Source of the DNA: Eledone cirrhosa
Lineage: Eukaryota
Length of the DNA stretch: 64,000 nt
Direction: 5' to 3'
Assembly (NCBI GenBank): GCA_964016885.1
Contig: OZ024744.1
Span: forward strand, 56,420,001 to 56,484,000
Numbering within the stretch: the stretch's first letter is position 1; each line of letters opens with the position of its first letter. The notes under the pieces were generated by a model. The model was not told where the DNA came from and searched no databases. It saw only the letters and a program-made list of their open reading frames with translations. Shown piece after piece: positions 28,001 to 42,800 of this stretch. Made by a program: the position numbers and the translations under genes.

Positions 28001-31000
28001 AACCAACACCACTACTACTACCACTACCACTGTACCACCACACCCGGAACCAACACCACCACCACTACCACTGTACCACCACACCTGGAACCAACACCAC
28101 TACTACTACCACTACCACTGTACTACCACACCCGGAACCAACACCACTACTACTACCACTACCACTGTACCACTACATCTGGACCCAACACCACAACTAC
28201 TACCACCACCACTACACTGCACCACCACACCCGGAACCAACACCACTACTACTACCACTACCACTGCACCACCACACCCGGAACCAACACCACAACTACT
28301 ACCACTACCACTGTACCACTACATCTGGACCCAACACCACAACTACTACCACTACCACTGTACCACCACACCCGGAACCAACACCACTACTACTACCACT
28401 ACCACTGCACCACCACACCCGGAACCAACACCACAACTACTACCACTACCACTGTACCACTACATCTGGACCCAACACCACAACTACTACCACTACCACT
28501 GTACCACCACACCCGGAACCAACACCACTACTACTACCACTACCACTGTACCACTACATCTGGACCCAACACCACAACTACTACTACTACCACTGCACCA
28601 CTACATCTGGAACCAACACCACTACTACTACCACTACCACTGCACCACTACATCTGGAACCAACACCACTACTACTACCACTACCACTGTACCACCACAC
28701 CCAGAACCAACACCACTACCACTACCACTGTACCACCACACCCGGAACCAACACCACTACTACTACCACTACCACTGTACCACCACACCTGGAACCAACA
28801 CCACAACTACTACCACTACCACTGTACCACCACACCCGGAACCAACACCACTACTACTACCACTACCACTGTACCACCACACCTGGAACCAACACCACTA
28901 CTACTACCACTACCACTGTACTACCACACCTGGAACCAACACCACTACTACTACCACTACCACTGTACCACCACACCCGGAACCAACACCACTACTACTA
29001 CCACTACCACTGTACCACCACACCTGGAACCAACACCACAACTACTACCACTACCACTGTACCACCACACCCGGAACCAACACCACTACTACTACCACTA
29101 CCACTGTACCACCACACCTGGAACCAACACCACTACTACTACCACTACCACTGTACTACCACACCTGGAACCAACACCACTACTACTACCACTACCACTG
29201 TACCACCACACCCGGAACCAACACCACTACTACTACCACTACCACTGTACCACCACACCTGGAACCAACACCACTACTACTACCACTACCACTGTACTAC
29301 CACACCTGGAACCAACACCACTACTACTACCACTACCACTGTACCACCACACCCGGAACCAACACCACTACTACTACCACTACCACTGTACCACCACACC
29401 TGGAACCAACACCACTACTACTACCACTACCACTGTACTACCACACCCGGAACCAACACCACTACTACTACCACTACCACTGTACCACCACACCTGGAAC
29501 CAACACCACTACTACTACCACTACCACTGTACCACCACACCCGGAACCAACACCACTACTACTACCACTACCACTGCACCACCACACCCGGAACCAACAC
29601 CACTACTACTACCACTACACTGCACCACTACATCTGGAACCAACACCACTACTACTACCACTACCACTGTACCACCACACCCGGAACCAACACCACAACT
29701 ACTACCACTACCACTGTACCACCACACCTGGAACCAACACCACAACTACTACCACTACCTCTGCACCACTACATCTGGAACCAACACCACTACTACTACC
29801 ACTACCACTGTACCACCACACCCGGAACCAACACCACAACTACTACCACTACCACTGTACCACCACACCTGGAACCAACACTACAACTACTACCACTACC
29901 ACTGTACCACCACACCCGGAACCAACACCACTACTACTACCACTACCACTGTACCACCACACCCGGAACCAACACCACTACCACTACCACTGCACCACCA
30001 CACCCGGAACCAACACCACTACTACTACCACTACCACTGTACCACCACACCTGGAACCAACACCACAACTACTACCACTACCACTGTACCACTACATCTG
30101 GAACCACCACCACTACTACTACCACTACCACTGTACCACCACACCTGGAACCACCACCACTACTACTACCACTACCACTGTACCACCACACCTGGAACCA
30201 ACACCACCACTACTACCACTACCACTGTACCACCACACCCAGAACCAACACCACTACCACTACCACTGTACCACCACACCCGGAACCAACACCACCACCA
30301 CTACCACTGTACTACCACACCCGGAACCAACACCACAACTACTACCACTACCACTGCACCACCACACCTGGAACCAACACCACTACTACTACCACTACCA
30401 CTGTACCACCACACCCAGAACCAACACCACCACTACTACCACTACCACTGTACCACCACACCCGGAACCAACACCACCACCACTACCACTGTACCACCAC
30501 ACCCGGAACCAACACCACTACTACTACCACTACCACTGTACCACCACACCCGGAACCAACACCACCACTACTACCACCTCACTGTACCACCACACCCGGA
30601 ACCAACACCACAACTACTACCACCACCACTGTACCACCACACCCGGAACCAACACCACCACTACTACCACTACCACTGTACCACTACATCTGGAACCAAC
30701 ACCACTACTACTACCACTACCACTGTACCACCACACCCGGAACCAACACCACAACTACTACCACCACCACTGTACCACCACACCCAGAACCAACACCACC
30801 ACTACTACCACTACCACTGTACCACCACACCCGGAACCAACACCACCACTACTACCACCTCACTGTACCACCACACCCGGAACCAACACCACAACTACTA
30901 CCACCACCACTGTACCACCACACCCGGAACCAACACCACCACTACTACCACTACCACTGTACCACTACATCTGGAACCAACACCACTACTACTACCACTA

Positions 31001-31915
31001 CCACTGTACCACCACACCCGGAACCAACACCACAACTACTACCACCACCACTGTACCACCACACCCAGAACCAACACCACTACTACTACCACTACCACTG
31101 TACTACCACACCCGGAACCAACACCACTACTACTACCACTACCACTGCACCACCACACCCAGAACCAACACCACTACTACTACCACTGTACCACTACATC
31201 TGGAACCAACACCACAACTACTACCACCACCACTACCACGGTATCACCACACCCGGAACGAACACCACCACTACTACCACTACCACTGTACCACTACATC
31301 TGGAACCAACACCACAACTACTACCACCACCACTACCACGGTATCACCACACCCGGAACGAACACCACTACTACTACTACTACCACTGTACCACTACATC
31401 TGGAACCAACACCACCACTACTACCACTACCACTGCACCACCACACCTGGAACGAACACCACTACTACTACTACTACCACTGTACCACTACATCTGGAAC
31501 CAACACCACTACTACTACCACCACTACCACTGCACCACCACACCTGGAACCAACACCACTACTACTACTACTACCACTGTACCACTACATCTGGAACCAA
31601 CACCACCACTACTACCACTACCACTGCACCACCACACCTGGAACGAACACCACTACTACTACTACTACCACTGTACCACTACATCTGGAACCAACACCAC
31701 CACTACCACCACTACCACTGCACCACCACACCTGGAACCAACACCACTACTACTACTACTACCACTGTACCACTACATCTGGAACCAACACCACTACTAC
31801 TACCACCACTACCACTGCACCACCACACCTGGAACCAACACCACTACTACTACTACTACCACTGTACCACTACATCTGGAACCAACACCACTACTACTAC
31901 CACCACTACCACTGC
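19030..31915. repeat. ~12.9-kb minisatellite with ~47-bp unit GGAACCAACACCACTACTACTACCACTACCACTGTACCACCACACCC (41/50-bp variants)
   Basis: On the order of 280 tandem copies, estimated from length divided by unit size. Confidence 0.98.
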
Positions 31916-32246
31916 ATAATGAAGACAGATATTTCAATACATTGAATAAAGCATGTATGTAGGTTAAGTCCCAATTAATTTCTGATTCTCCAGACTTATG
32001 ATCAATTAAGTTATTGATCTTTGACCATTCCTGCCATGACAATAATTCCTTTTTTCTGGAGCATATCTAGGACCTCTTTTTAAGATGGTTGAATGTGATT
32101 TGAGGGAGAATTTGGGATCTAATTCTAGAAGGTGAGCATATGCACACAATCTTCCTTGGTGGCACATGAATATTTTAGTATATTCTTTTACTCTTTTACT
32201 GGTTCTCATCAGTTGACTCTGGTCATGCTGGGGCATCACTTTAAGG

Positions 32247-32614
32247 CAGAAGTTCTCAAAGTGGGCGCTACTGCCTCCCTCCCCACCCTGGGCTGAGGTG
32301 GGGGGCATTGAAAAGGTCCAGGTGGGCACTGGGGCCTAAGAGGGCTCTGGGGATTGGCAGTAGAGATGATATAATAGTATATTAAATATCAAATGATACA
32401 TATGTATAAATATAGTAAAATAAAAAATATATATTTATTTATATATAGTATATATTATATTATTTATTATATAGAAATTAACAATTTTATTTATTATATA
32501 TTATTTACAATTTGCGTGTTGGCAGGTCCCACTGCAAATAAGGTTGGGGGCCACTGAGGGTATTACGTGGCTGTGAGGAGGGGGGGGGGGGCTAAAATAT
32601 GTTGAAAACCTCTG
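32247..32614. mobile_element. hAT (Charlie-like) non-autonomous element
   Basis: TIRs CAGAAGTTCTCAA / TTGAAAACCTCTG; 8-bp TSD CTTTAAGG / CCTTAAGG. Confidence 0.8.
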
Positions 32615-32909
32615 CCTTAAGGGATTTAGTAAATCATATTGAACCCAGTTCTTTTTTGTTTCAAGTCTGGTATTTATTTTATTGAACTTTGTCAAACTGC
32701 TGTGGACATAAATACACATACAAACACAAACATAATTACAGAAATGAATACATACATGCACTTCCCCCACACACATTGAAACAAATTGTGCAAGGTGGAG
32801 CAAGATTGCTTTTCAGCTTAAAGAGAAAGTTGGGGGGGGGGGGGTTTGAGCATTGCATCATATATTCATGGGCTCCTCTTTTGTCCTCCACGTCCTGGAC
32901 TGATATAAC

Positions 32910-33200
32910 AGCTAACTCTAACATTAACTCTAACATTAACATTAATCCCAACCCTAAACCTAATCCTAATTCTAACTTTAACCCTAACCGAAACCCTAAA
33001 CTTAAAACTAATTCCAACCCAAACCTTAACACTAACCAACACCCTAATCCTAAACCTAATGCTGACTCTAGACTTAACTCTAACTCTAACCTTAACCGTA
33101 ATCCTAACTCTAACCTAAATCCTAATCCTAACTCTAACCCTAACCATAAACCTAATCCTAACTCTAACTTTAACCATAACCCTGAACCTAACAACAATCC
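32910..33200. repeat. Degenerate (CCTAAC/CCCTAA)n hexamer tract
   Basis: 6-bp periodicity of TAA; gives rise to the spurious NPNP ORF. Confidence 0.85.
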
Positions 33201-33364
33201 CAATAGGATATATCTATAAGGACATCCCCAAGGGATCCCTAGAAGTCCAGCATCAATTGGAGAGTCTTAATGCTAAAATGGTGCAGTTTCGTCAGGAAAG
33301 GTGTCATGGCATCTGGGCAGACAATTTTGGAGCCTAGGTGAGAACACTTCCATGTATCCTCCCT

Positions 33365-33890
33365 AATTGCTGAGTGGTTAAAAAGTTTGCATTGTAATCA
33401 TAAGGCCTTACATTTAATCCTAGTGTCTTTTGTGGTTAAGAAAACAGGAAAGGAAGGGGAAGGCAAGGGTTCTAGGGTCACAGATGAATGGAGGGGGGGG
33501 GGAGGCTGATTGGCTCTGGGCCTAGAGCACTGTGGTATTGGGATGTGTTCTGCAGACAAGATCGCAAAAGTATTCCCGTAGACAATGGCCAGTGACACCT
33601 GCCTTACGGGCCTTCTCCTCACATGGGTTGCTGATGTTCCGACCTTGCAGAGGAGCTTGGCAGTATGGGATCCAAGTATACCTGAGGTTTCGGCAGCGAC
33701 CGGCATGAAGAGGACAATACCCTAATGTGTGAGATATTGGGTAAGCGTCTTTTACCATAGGCTTGGGTTGATCCAAGCCTTGAGCAAAAAGAGATTGCTT
33801 AGAAGCCTGTTGGATGGATTATACTAATAATTCAAAAGTCCAGCATTGTCACTTTGTGTCACATTGATTCTGCATGAGAATTATGGTTTA
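33365..33890 (+). mobile_element. tRNA-derived SINE interrupted by a CRE fragment
   Basis: Head GCTGAGTGGTTAA...TTTAATCC at 33369-33420; body resumes at ~33735 and includes the central segment shared with ~5950. Confidence 0.55.
33440..33720 (-). mobile_element. CRE-clade retrotransposon 3' end fragment
   Basis: MPVAAETSGILG...LLCKVG...SLAIVYGNTFAILS. Confidence 0.75.
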
Positions 33891-33894
33891 ATCG

Positions 33895-34077
33895 TCTAAA
33901 AATCTTCTATCATAATTTCGGACAAGAAGCTTTTGTTAAGCTATGTTCCAAACATCAATTTAATAACATGAAAATTAGCTACATTACTAAATCCCTCCAA
34001 ATTCTTGATTATTTTGAAAATTATTTTAAAATCATAGGCAGTGTTTTTCATTAGAAATATGGTAACGAAACGGTTAA
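33895..34077 (-). mobile_element. TTAA MITE family 2, partial
   Basis: Reverse-complement similarity to 34761-34920; ends CGG|TTAA. Confidence 0.55.
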
Positions 34078-34474
34078 ATCCTTGCAGCAAATCAACTCAC
34101 TGAACAGTTTTATGAACTCTTGCATAAATTAATTTTTGTTGATGCAGACCAACCTCCATCAGATTCCACTGATTCTGGATTTTACAGGATCAGACAGACT
34201 GAGCAGAAGAGGGAGTTAGATGACTAGAGCCATTGGTGTATCAGCACAGAGTTTTAACTCTGTCCAATGTGTAATAGAATATTTCATATCTACATTCATT
34301 GGCATGGCTAAATTAAGTCAGGCCCTCTGGTAATAAAACTTGTAAAACTTTTGCAGTATCATCAAATATCACAAAGTCCACTGAGTGTGGAAGGCCATTT
34401 TTTATTGATATTTGTATTAGATAAGTCACTGTTATACCATCCTATTGCATACTTATCGGTTATACTAGAGCATT

Positions 34475-34752
34475 ATGTTTTATTCTTTTATTCTGTAACC
34501 TGTTTCAGTTGTAAGATTCCGGCCATAATGGAGCACTGTATTGAAGGGATTTTGTCAACGATATGACTCCAGTTCAAGTTGGCACTTATTTTATTGAAAT
34601 CTATTTGTCACACCACTAAGTTACAGGACTTAAACAAGTAGTAAGCCTAAAACACACAAATACAGCTTCCCTCGACCACACAGTGGAAGTGAACCCTAAA
34701 TGCCATTGTTGTGAAGTGAACTTCTTCATCAACACAGACATGCTCATGCCTG
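34475..34752 (-). mobile_element. Decayed tRNA-derived SINE
   Basis: TGTTTCAGTT..GGCCATAATGGAGCAC...CTAAGTTACAGGAC body, with a tRNA-like head at the right end. Confidence 0.55.
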
Positions 34753-34760
34753 CAAATTCC

Positions 34761-35013
34761 TTAACCTTTTTATTATCATATTTCTAATGGAATACACAGC
34801 TTATGTTTCAATTAATTTTGCAAATAATGCAGATTTAGTAACATGGCTTAACTTTTCAATATTAAGCTGGTGTTTGGGACATTACGTTGCAAAAGGTTCT
34901 TCCATAAAATGATGATGGAAAGTTTTAATATAAATATGAAAACTTTAAAACAGGTAATTTTTGTATCATAAAAATTAGGGCAGTTTCAGCTGGGTTAATA
35001 TCAAAAGGGTTAA
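34761..35013 (+). mobile_element. TTAA-flanked MITE, family 2
   Basis: TTAA|CCTTTTTATTA...TATCAAAAGGG|TTAA. Confidence 0.7.
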
Positions 35014-35049
35014 AACACTACACAAGAGTGACTTTCTAAGGAATACAAC

Positions 35050-35415
35050 CGTTATTAAATTTGGAATGTACCTCTGTCAGTTTCACGACGAGTGTTGCAG
35101 ATATTTAATCAATGGAACAGCCTGCTCTTGAAATTAATGTGTAAGTGGCTGAGTATTTTACAGACATGAATACTCTTAATGTAGTTTTCAAGAAGATTCA
35201 GTATGAGACAATGTGTGACAAGGTTGGTCCATCAAATTACATGTACAGTCCATCTAACATATTTCTAAACAGTATTCATCTACTCAATTTCGCCCACAAA
35301 GCTTGGGACGCCCCAGTGGTATTGTCAATGGCACTTGCTCGAGATGTTATGCAATGGGATTGAACGTGGGACCTAATGATCACGAAGCAAACTTGTTAAC
35401 CATTCAGCCATGCCT
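35050..35415 (-). mobile_element. tRNA-derived SINE, near full length
   Basis: Minus strand begins GGCATGGCTGAATGGTTAA (A box)...GTTCAATCCC (B box), followed by the conserved central domain. Confidence 0.7.
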
Positions 35416-35609
35416 TATTAACCATACAGCTGTGTCTGCATATGAAATTCAGTTTTTTTTTTTTTTCAATACTGACAGTCTAGCTAAAAAGGTTGACACC
35501 CACTCTATAATCAGCACTGGCTGTCTGTATTAGACATGACAACTACTACTACTAGATACACCAGCTAACTTCTTTAGACCATGAGTGATGTCATGGCCAT
35601 CACCTACAA

Positions 35610-36944
35610 CTGATAACCACCACCACCAACAACACCACCACCACCACATCACTACCACCACCAACAACAACAACCACCAACACCACCACCACCATACCAC
35701 CACCACCAACAACAATAACAACCACCAACACCACCACCACCACATCACCACCACCACCAACAACAACAACCACCAACAACACCACACCACCATCAACAAC
35801 AACAACCACCAACACCAACACCACCACACCACCACCACCAACAACAATAACACCCAACAACACCACCACCACACCACCACCACCACACATCCATCACCCC
35901 ACCACCACCACCACCACCACCACCACCACCACCACCACCACCACACCACCATCACCAACACCACCACCACCACCACACCATCACCACCAACAACAACAAC
36001 CAACACCACTACCACCACACCACCACCAACAACAACAACAAAACACCACCACCACCACCACACCACCACCACCACCACCACCAAAAACAACCAGCAACAA
36101 CACCACCACCATCATATCACCACCACCACCAACAACAACCACCACCACCACCACCACCACCACCACCACCACCACCACCACCACCACCACCATACCACCA
36201 CCACCGCCATCAACAACAACAACCACCAACACCACCACCACCACCACACCAACACCACCACCATCAACAACAAAAACCACCAACACCACCATAACCACCA
36301 CCAACAACAACCACCAACACCACCACCACCACAACCACACCACCACCATAACACCACCAGCACCACCAACACTACCACCACCACAACACCACCACCAACA
36401 ACAACAACAACAACCACCAACACCACCACCACCACCACCACCACCAACAACAACAACAACCACCACCACCACCACCACCACAATCACACCACCACCACCA
36501 CCACGCCACCACCACCAACACCACCACCACACCACCGCCACCAACAACACCACGACCACCACCACCACACCACCACTACCACCAACAACAACAACAAACA
36601 CCACCACCACCACCACACCAACCACACCACACCACCACACCACCACCACCACCACCACCAACAACTACAACCACCAACACCACAACCACCACACCACCAC
36701 CACCAATATCAACAACAAAAACCACCAACACCACCACCACCAACAACAACCACCAACACCACCACCACCACAACCACACCACCACCAACCACAACCACCA
36801 CCACCACCACCACCACCACCACCAGCAGCACCTCCACCACACCACCAACAACACCACCACCACCACCACCACCACCACACCACCACCACCACCACCACCA
36901 CCACCACCACCAACCACGCCACCACCACCACCACCACCACCACC

Positions 36945-36975
<31 letters not shown>

Positions 36976-39224
36976 CCACCACCACCACCACCACAACCTC
37001 CACACCACCATCACCACCAACAACAACAAACACCAACATCACCAGCACCACATCACCACCACCAACAACAACAACCATCAACACCACCACCACCACCACC
37101 ACACCACCACCACCACCAACAACAACAACCACCAACACCACCAGCACCACACCACCACCACCACCACCACCAACAACAACAACAACCACCAATACCACAA
37201 CCACCACCACACCACCACTACCACCACCACCACCACCACAACCACACCACCACCATAACACCACCACCACCAACACCACCACCACGCAACCACCACCACC
37301 ACACCACCAGCACCACCACCAACAACAACCATCAACACCACCACCACCACACCAACACCAACAACAACAACAACCACCACACCACCAACAGCACCACCAC
37401 CAACAACAACCACCAACACCACCACCACACCACCACCACCACCAACAATAACAACCACCAACACCACCACATCACCACCACCAACAACAACAACAACCAC
37501 CACCACCACCACCACCACATCACTACCAACAACAACAACAACAAACACCAACACCACCACCACCATACCACCACCACCAACAACAATAACAACCACCAAC
37601 ACCACCACATCACCACCACCACCACCAACAACAACCACCAACAACACCATCACCACACCACCATCAACAACAACAACCACCAACACCAACACCACCACAC
37701 CACCACCACCAACAACAATAACCACCAACAACACCACCACCACCATACCACCACCACCACACCACCAAACCACCACCAACAACAACCACCAACACCACCA
37801 CCACCACCACACCACCACCACCACCACCAACAACAACAACCAGCAACAACACCACCACCATATCACCACCACCACCAACAACAACAACCATCACCACCAC
37901 CACCACAACCACCACCACCACCACCACCACAACAACCACCATACCATCACCACCACCAACAACAACAACCACCAACACCACCACCACCACCACCACCACA
38001 CCACCACCACCACCATCAACAACAAAAATCACCAACACCACCACCACCACCAACAACAACAACCACCAACACCACCTCCACCTCCACCACAACCACACCA
38101 CCACCACCACAACACCACCACCAACATCACCACCACACCACCACCACCAACAACACCACGACCACCACCACCACACCACCACTACCACCAACAACAACAA
38201 CAAACACCAACACCATTACGACCACCACCACCACACCACCAACAACCACACCACACCACACCACCACCACCACCACCACCAGCAAAAACAACAACCAACA
38301 CCACCACCAACACCAACAACAACAACAACCACCACACCACTACCACCGAAGCACAACCACCACCAACAACAACCACCAACACCACCACCACTACACCACC
38401 ACCACAAACAACAACAACAACCACCAACAACACCACCACACCCCTACCACCACACCTACACCAACAACAACAACAACCACGACCACCACCACCACCACCA
38501 CCATAACCAACAACAACCACCACCACAACCACCAACTACAACCACCACCACCACCACCACCACACCACCACCACCACTTCACCACCACCACCACACCACA
38601 CCACCACCAACAACAAGCACCAACACCACCACCAACACACCACCACCACACCGCTACCACTACCACCACCAACAACAACAACCACCAACACCACCACCAC
38701 CAACAACAACAACAACCACCACACCACCACCACGACCACCACCACCAACAACCACCAACACCACTACCACACCACCACCACCACCATCATCAACAACAAC
38801 GACAACCACCAACACCACCACCACACCACCATGACCACCACCAACAACAACCACTAACACCAACACCTTCACACCACCACCAACAACAACCACCAACACC
38901 ACCATACCACCACAACCACCAACAACAACCACCAACACCACCACCACACCACCACCACCACACCACTATCACCACAAAACAAAAACAACAACCACCAACA
39001 CCACCACACCACCAGCACCACCACACCACCACACCACCACACCACCACAACCACCTAACCACCACCACCACACCACCACCACCACCACCACCAACATCAA
39101 CAACAACCACCAACACAACCACCAACAACACCAACAACAATAACAACAACCAACACCACCATCAGCATACCACCACCACCACACCACCACCAACAACAAC
39201 CACCAACACCACCACCGCACCACC

Positions 39225-39256
<32 letters not shown>

Positions 39257-39850
39257 CCACCAACACCACCACCACCACATCACTACCACCACCAACAACA
39301 AAAACCACCAACACCACCACCATACCACCAACACCAACAACAACAACAAACAGCAACACCACCACATCATCACCACCAACAACACAACCACCAACAACAC
39401 AACCACCAACAACACAACCACCACACCACCATCAACAACAACCACCAACACCACCACCACCACAACCACACCACCACCACTAACAACAACAATCACCACC
39501 ACCACCACCACCACCACCACCACCACCACCACCACCACCACCACACCACCACCACCACCAATAACAACAACCAGCAACAACACCACCACCAACACATCAC
39601 CACCACCACCACCAACAACAACCACCAACGCAACCAAAACAATAAGACCACCACAACCACCAACAACAACAACCACCACCACCACACCACCACCATCAAC
39701 AACAACAACAACCACCACCACCACCACCACCACCACCACTACCACCAACAACAGCACCAACCACCAATACCAACACCACCACACACCACCACCACCAACA
39801 ACAACAACAACCAAAACCACCACCACTACACAACCACCACAACAACAACA
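35610..39850. repeat. 4.2-kb degenerate (CAC)n/(CAA)n tract
   Basis: Trinucleotide periodicity. Confidence 0.95.
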
Positions 39851-39869
39851 CCGACAGCAAGTTTATATG

Positions 39870-42800
39870 TATGTAACTGTGAGTGTGTGTGACTGTGTTG
39901 GTGTGAGTGTGTGTGACTGTGTGGGTGTGAATGTGTGTGACTGTGTAGGTGTGAGTGTGTGTGACTGTTTGGGTGTGAGTGTGTGTGACTGTGTGGGTGT
40001 GAGTGTTTGTGACTGTGTTGCTGTGAGTGTGGGTGACTGTGTGGGTGTGAGTGTGTGTGACTGTGTGGGTGTGAATGTGTGTGACTGTGTAGGTGTGAGT
40101 GTGTGTGACTGTGTGGGTGTGAGTGTGTGTGACTGTGTGGGTGTAGAGTGTGTGCGACTGTGTGGGTGTGAGTGTGTGTGACTGTTTGGGTGTGAGTGTG
40201 TGTGACTGTGTGGGTGTCAGTGTGTGTGACTGTGTGGGTGTGAATGTGTGTGACTGTGTAGGTGTGAGTGTGTGTGACTGTGTGGGTGTGAGTGTGTGTG
40301 ACTGTGTGGGTGTGAGTGAGTGTGACTGTGTGGGTGTGAGTGTGTGTGACTGTGTGGGTGTGTGTGGGTGTGAGTATGTGTGACTGTGTGGGTGTGTGTA
40401 TGTGTGACTGTGTTGGTGTGAGTGTGTGTGACTGTGTGGGTGTGAGTGAGTGTGACTGTGTGGGTGTGAGTGTGTGTGACTGTGTGGGTGTGTGTATGTG
40501 TGACTGTGTGGGAGTGAGTGTGTAGGTGTGTGGGTGTGAGTATGTGTGACTGTGTGTGTGTGAGTATGTTTGACTGTGTGTGTGTGAGTGTGTGTGACTG
40601 TGTGGGTGTGAGTGTGTGTGACTGTGTAGGTGTGTGTATGGGTGACTGTGTGGGTGTGAGTGTGTGTGACTGTGTGGGTGTGAGTGTGTGTGACTGTGTG
40701 GGTGTGAGTGTGTGTGACTGTGTCGGTGTGAGTGAGTGTGACTGTGTGGGTGTGAGTGTGTGTGACTGTGTGGGTGTGTGTATGTGTGACTGTGTGGGAG
40801 TGAGTGTGTAGGTGTGTGGGTGTGAGTATGTGTGACTGTGTGTGTGTGAGTATGTTTGACTGTGTGTGTGTGAGTGTGTGTGACTGTGTGGGTGTGAGTG
40901 TGTGTGACTGTGTAGGTGTGTGTATGGGTGACTGTGTGGGTGTGAGTGTGTGTGACTGTGTGGGTGTGAGTGTGTGTGGCTGTGTGGTTGTGAGTATGTG
41001 TGACTGTGTGGGAGTGAGTGTGTGTGACTGTGTGGGTGTGTTTATGGGTGACTGTGTGTGTGTGAGTGGGTGTGACTGTGTGGGTGTGAGTGTGTGTGAC
41101 TGTGTGGGTGTGAATTCGTGTGACTGTGTGGGTGTGAGTATGTGTGACTGTGTGGGAGTGAGTGTGTGTGACTGTGTGGGCGTGATTGTGCGTGACTGTG
41201 TGGGTGTGAGTGTGTGTGACTGTGTGGATTTGAGTGGGTGTGACTGTGTGGGGTGAGTGTGTGTGACTGTGTGGGTGTGAGTATGTGTGACTGTGTGGGT
41301 GTGAGTGTGTGTGAGTGTGTGTGGCTGTGTGGGTGTGAGTATGTGTGACTGTGTGGGAGTGGGTATGTGTGACTGTGTGGATGTGAGTTTGTGTGTGACT
41401 GTGTGGGTGTGAGTGTGTGTGACTGTGTGGGTGTGAGTGTGTGTGACTGTGTGGGTGTGAGTGTGTGTGACTGTGTGGGTGTGTGTGACTGTGTGGGTGT
41501 GAGTATGTGTGACTGTGTGGGTGTGTGTGTGACTGTGTGGGTGTGAGCGTGTGTGACCGTATAGGTGTGAGTGTGTGTGACTGTGTGGGTGTGAGTATGT
41601 GTGACTGTGTGGATGTGTGTGTCACTGTGTGGCTGTGAGTGTGTGTGACTGTGTGGGTGTGTGTATGTGTGACTGTGTGGGTGTGAGTGTGTGTGACTGT
41701 GTGGGTGTGAGTGTGTGTGACTGTGTGGGTGTGAGTATGTGTGACTGTGTAGGTGTGAGTGTGTGTGTGACTGTGTGGGTGTGACTGTGTGGGTATGAGT
41801 ATGTGTGACTGTGTGGGAGTGAGTGTGTGTGACTGTGTGGGTGTGAGTATGCGTGACTGTGTGGGTGTGAGTGTGTGTGACTGTGTGGGTGTGAGTGTGT
41901 GTTACTGTGTGGGTGTGAGTGTGTGTGACTGTGGGTGTGAGTGTGTGAGACTGTGTAGGTGTGAGTATGTGTGACTGTGTAGGTGTGAGTGTGTGTGACT
42001 GTGTCTGTGTGAGTGTGTGTGATTGTGTGGGTGTGAGTGTGTGTGACTGTGTGGGTGTGAGTGTTATGACTGTGTAGGTATGAGTGTGTGTGACTGTGTG
42101 GGTGTGAGTGTGTGTGAATGTGTGTGACTGTGTGGGTGTGAGTGTGTGTGACTGTGTGTGTGTGAGTGTGTGTGACTGTGTGGGTGTGTGTGTGTATGAC
42201 TGTGTGGGTGTGAGTATGTGTGAATGTGTGGATGTGAGTATGTGTGACTGTGTGGGTGTGACTGTGTGGGTGTGAGTATGTGTGACTGTGTGGGTGTGAG
42301 TGTGTGTGACTGTGTGGGTGTGAGTATGTGTGACTGTGTGGGTGTGAGTATGTGTGACTGTGTGGGTGTGAGTGTGTGTGACTGTGTGGGTGTGAGTGTG
42401 TGTGACTGTGCGGGTGTGAGTATGTGTGACTGTGTGGGTGGGTGTGTGTGTGACTGTGTGGGTGTGTGTGGGTGTGAGTATGTGTGACTGTGTGGGTGTG
42501 TGTATGTGTGACTGTGTTGGTGTGAGTGTGTGTGACTGTGTGGGTGTGAGTGAGTGTGACTGTGTGGGTGTGAGTGTGTGTGACTGTGTGGGTGTGTGTA
42601 TGTGTGTGAGTATGTTTGACTGTGTGGGAGTGAGTGTGTGTGACTGTATGGGTGTGTGTATGGGTGACTGTGTGTGAGTGTGTGTGACTGTGTGGGTGTA
42701 AGTGTGTGTGACTGTGTGGGTGTGAATTCGTGTGAATGTGCGGGTGTGAGTATGTGTGACTGTGTGGGAGTGAGTGTGTGTGACTGTGTGGGCGTGATTG

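Noticed and set aside
16571-31915. CRISPR-like regular repeats
   Set aside because: Head-to-tail units with no unique spacers, no cas genes and a eukaryotic context
31960-32230. Minus-strand peptides KEVLDMLQKKG / SWQEWSKIN, reminiscent of an adrenodoxin reductase C-terminus
   Set aside because: Needs a frameshift, flanking residues do not match and there are no clear splice sites; a tblastx would be needed
32689-33219. Asn-Pro repeat ORF
   Set aside because: Translation of the CCTAAC hexamer tract
35585-37258. 557-aa His/Thr/Asn ORF and similar ORFs at 676-2497
   Set aside because: Trinucleotide low-complexity sequence that lacks stops because of its composition
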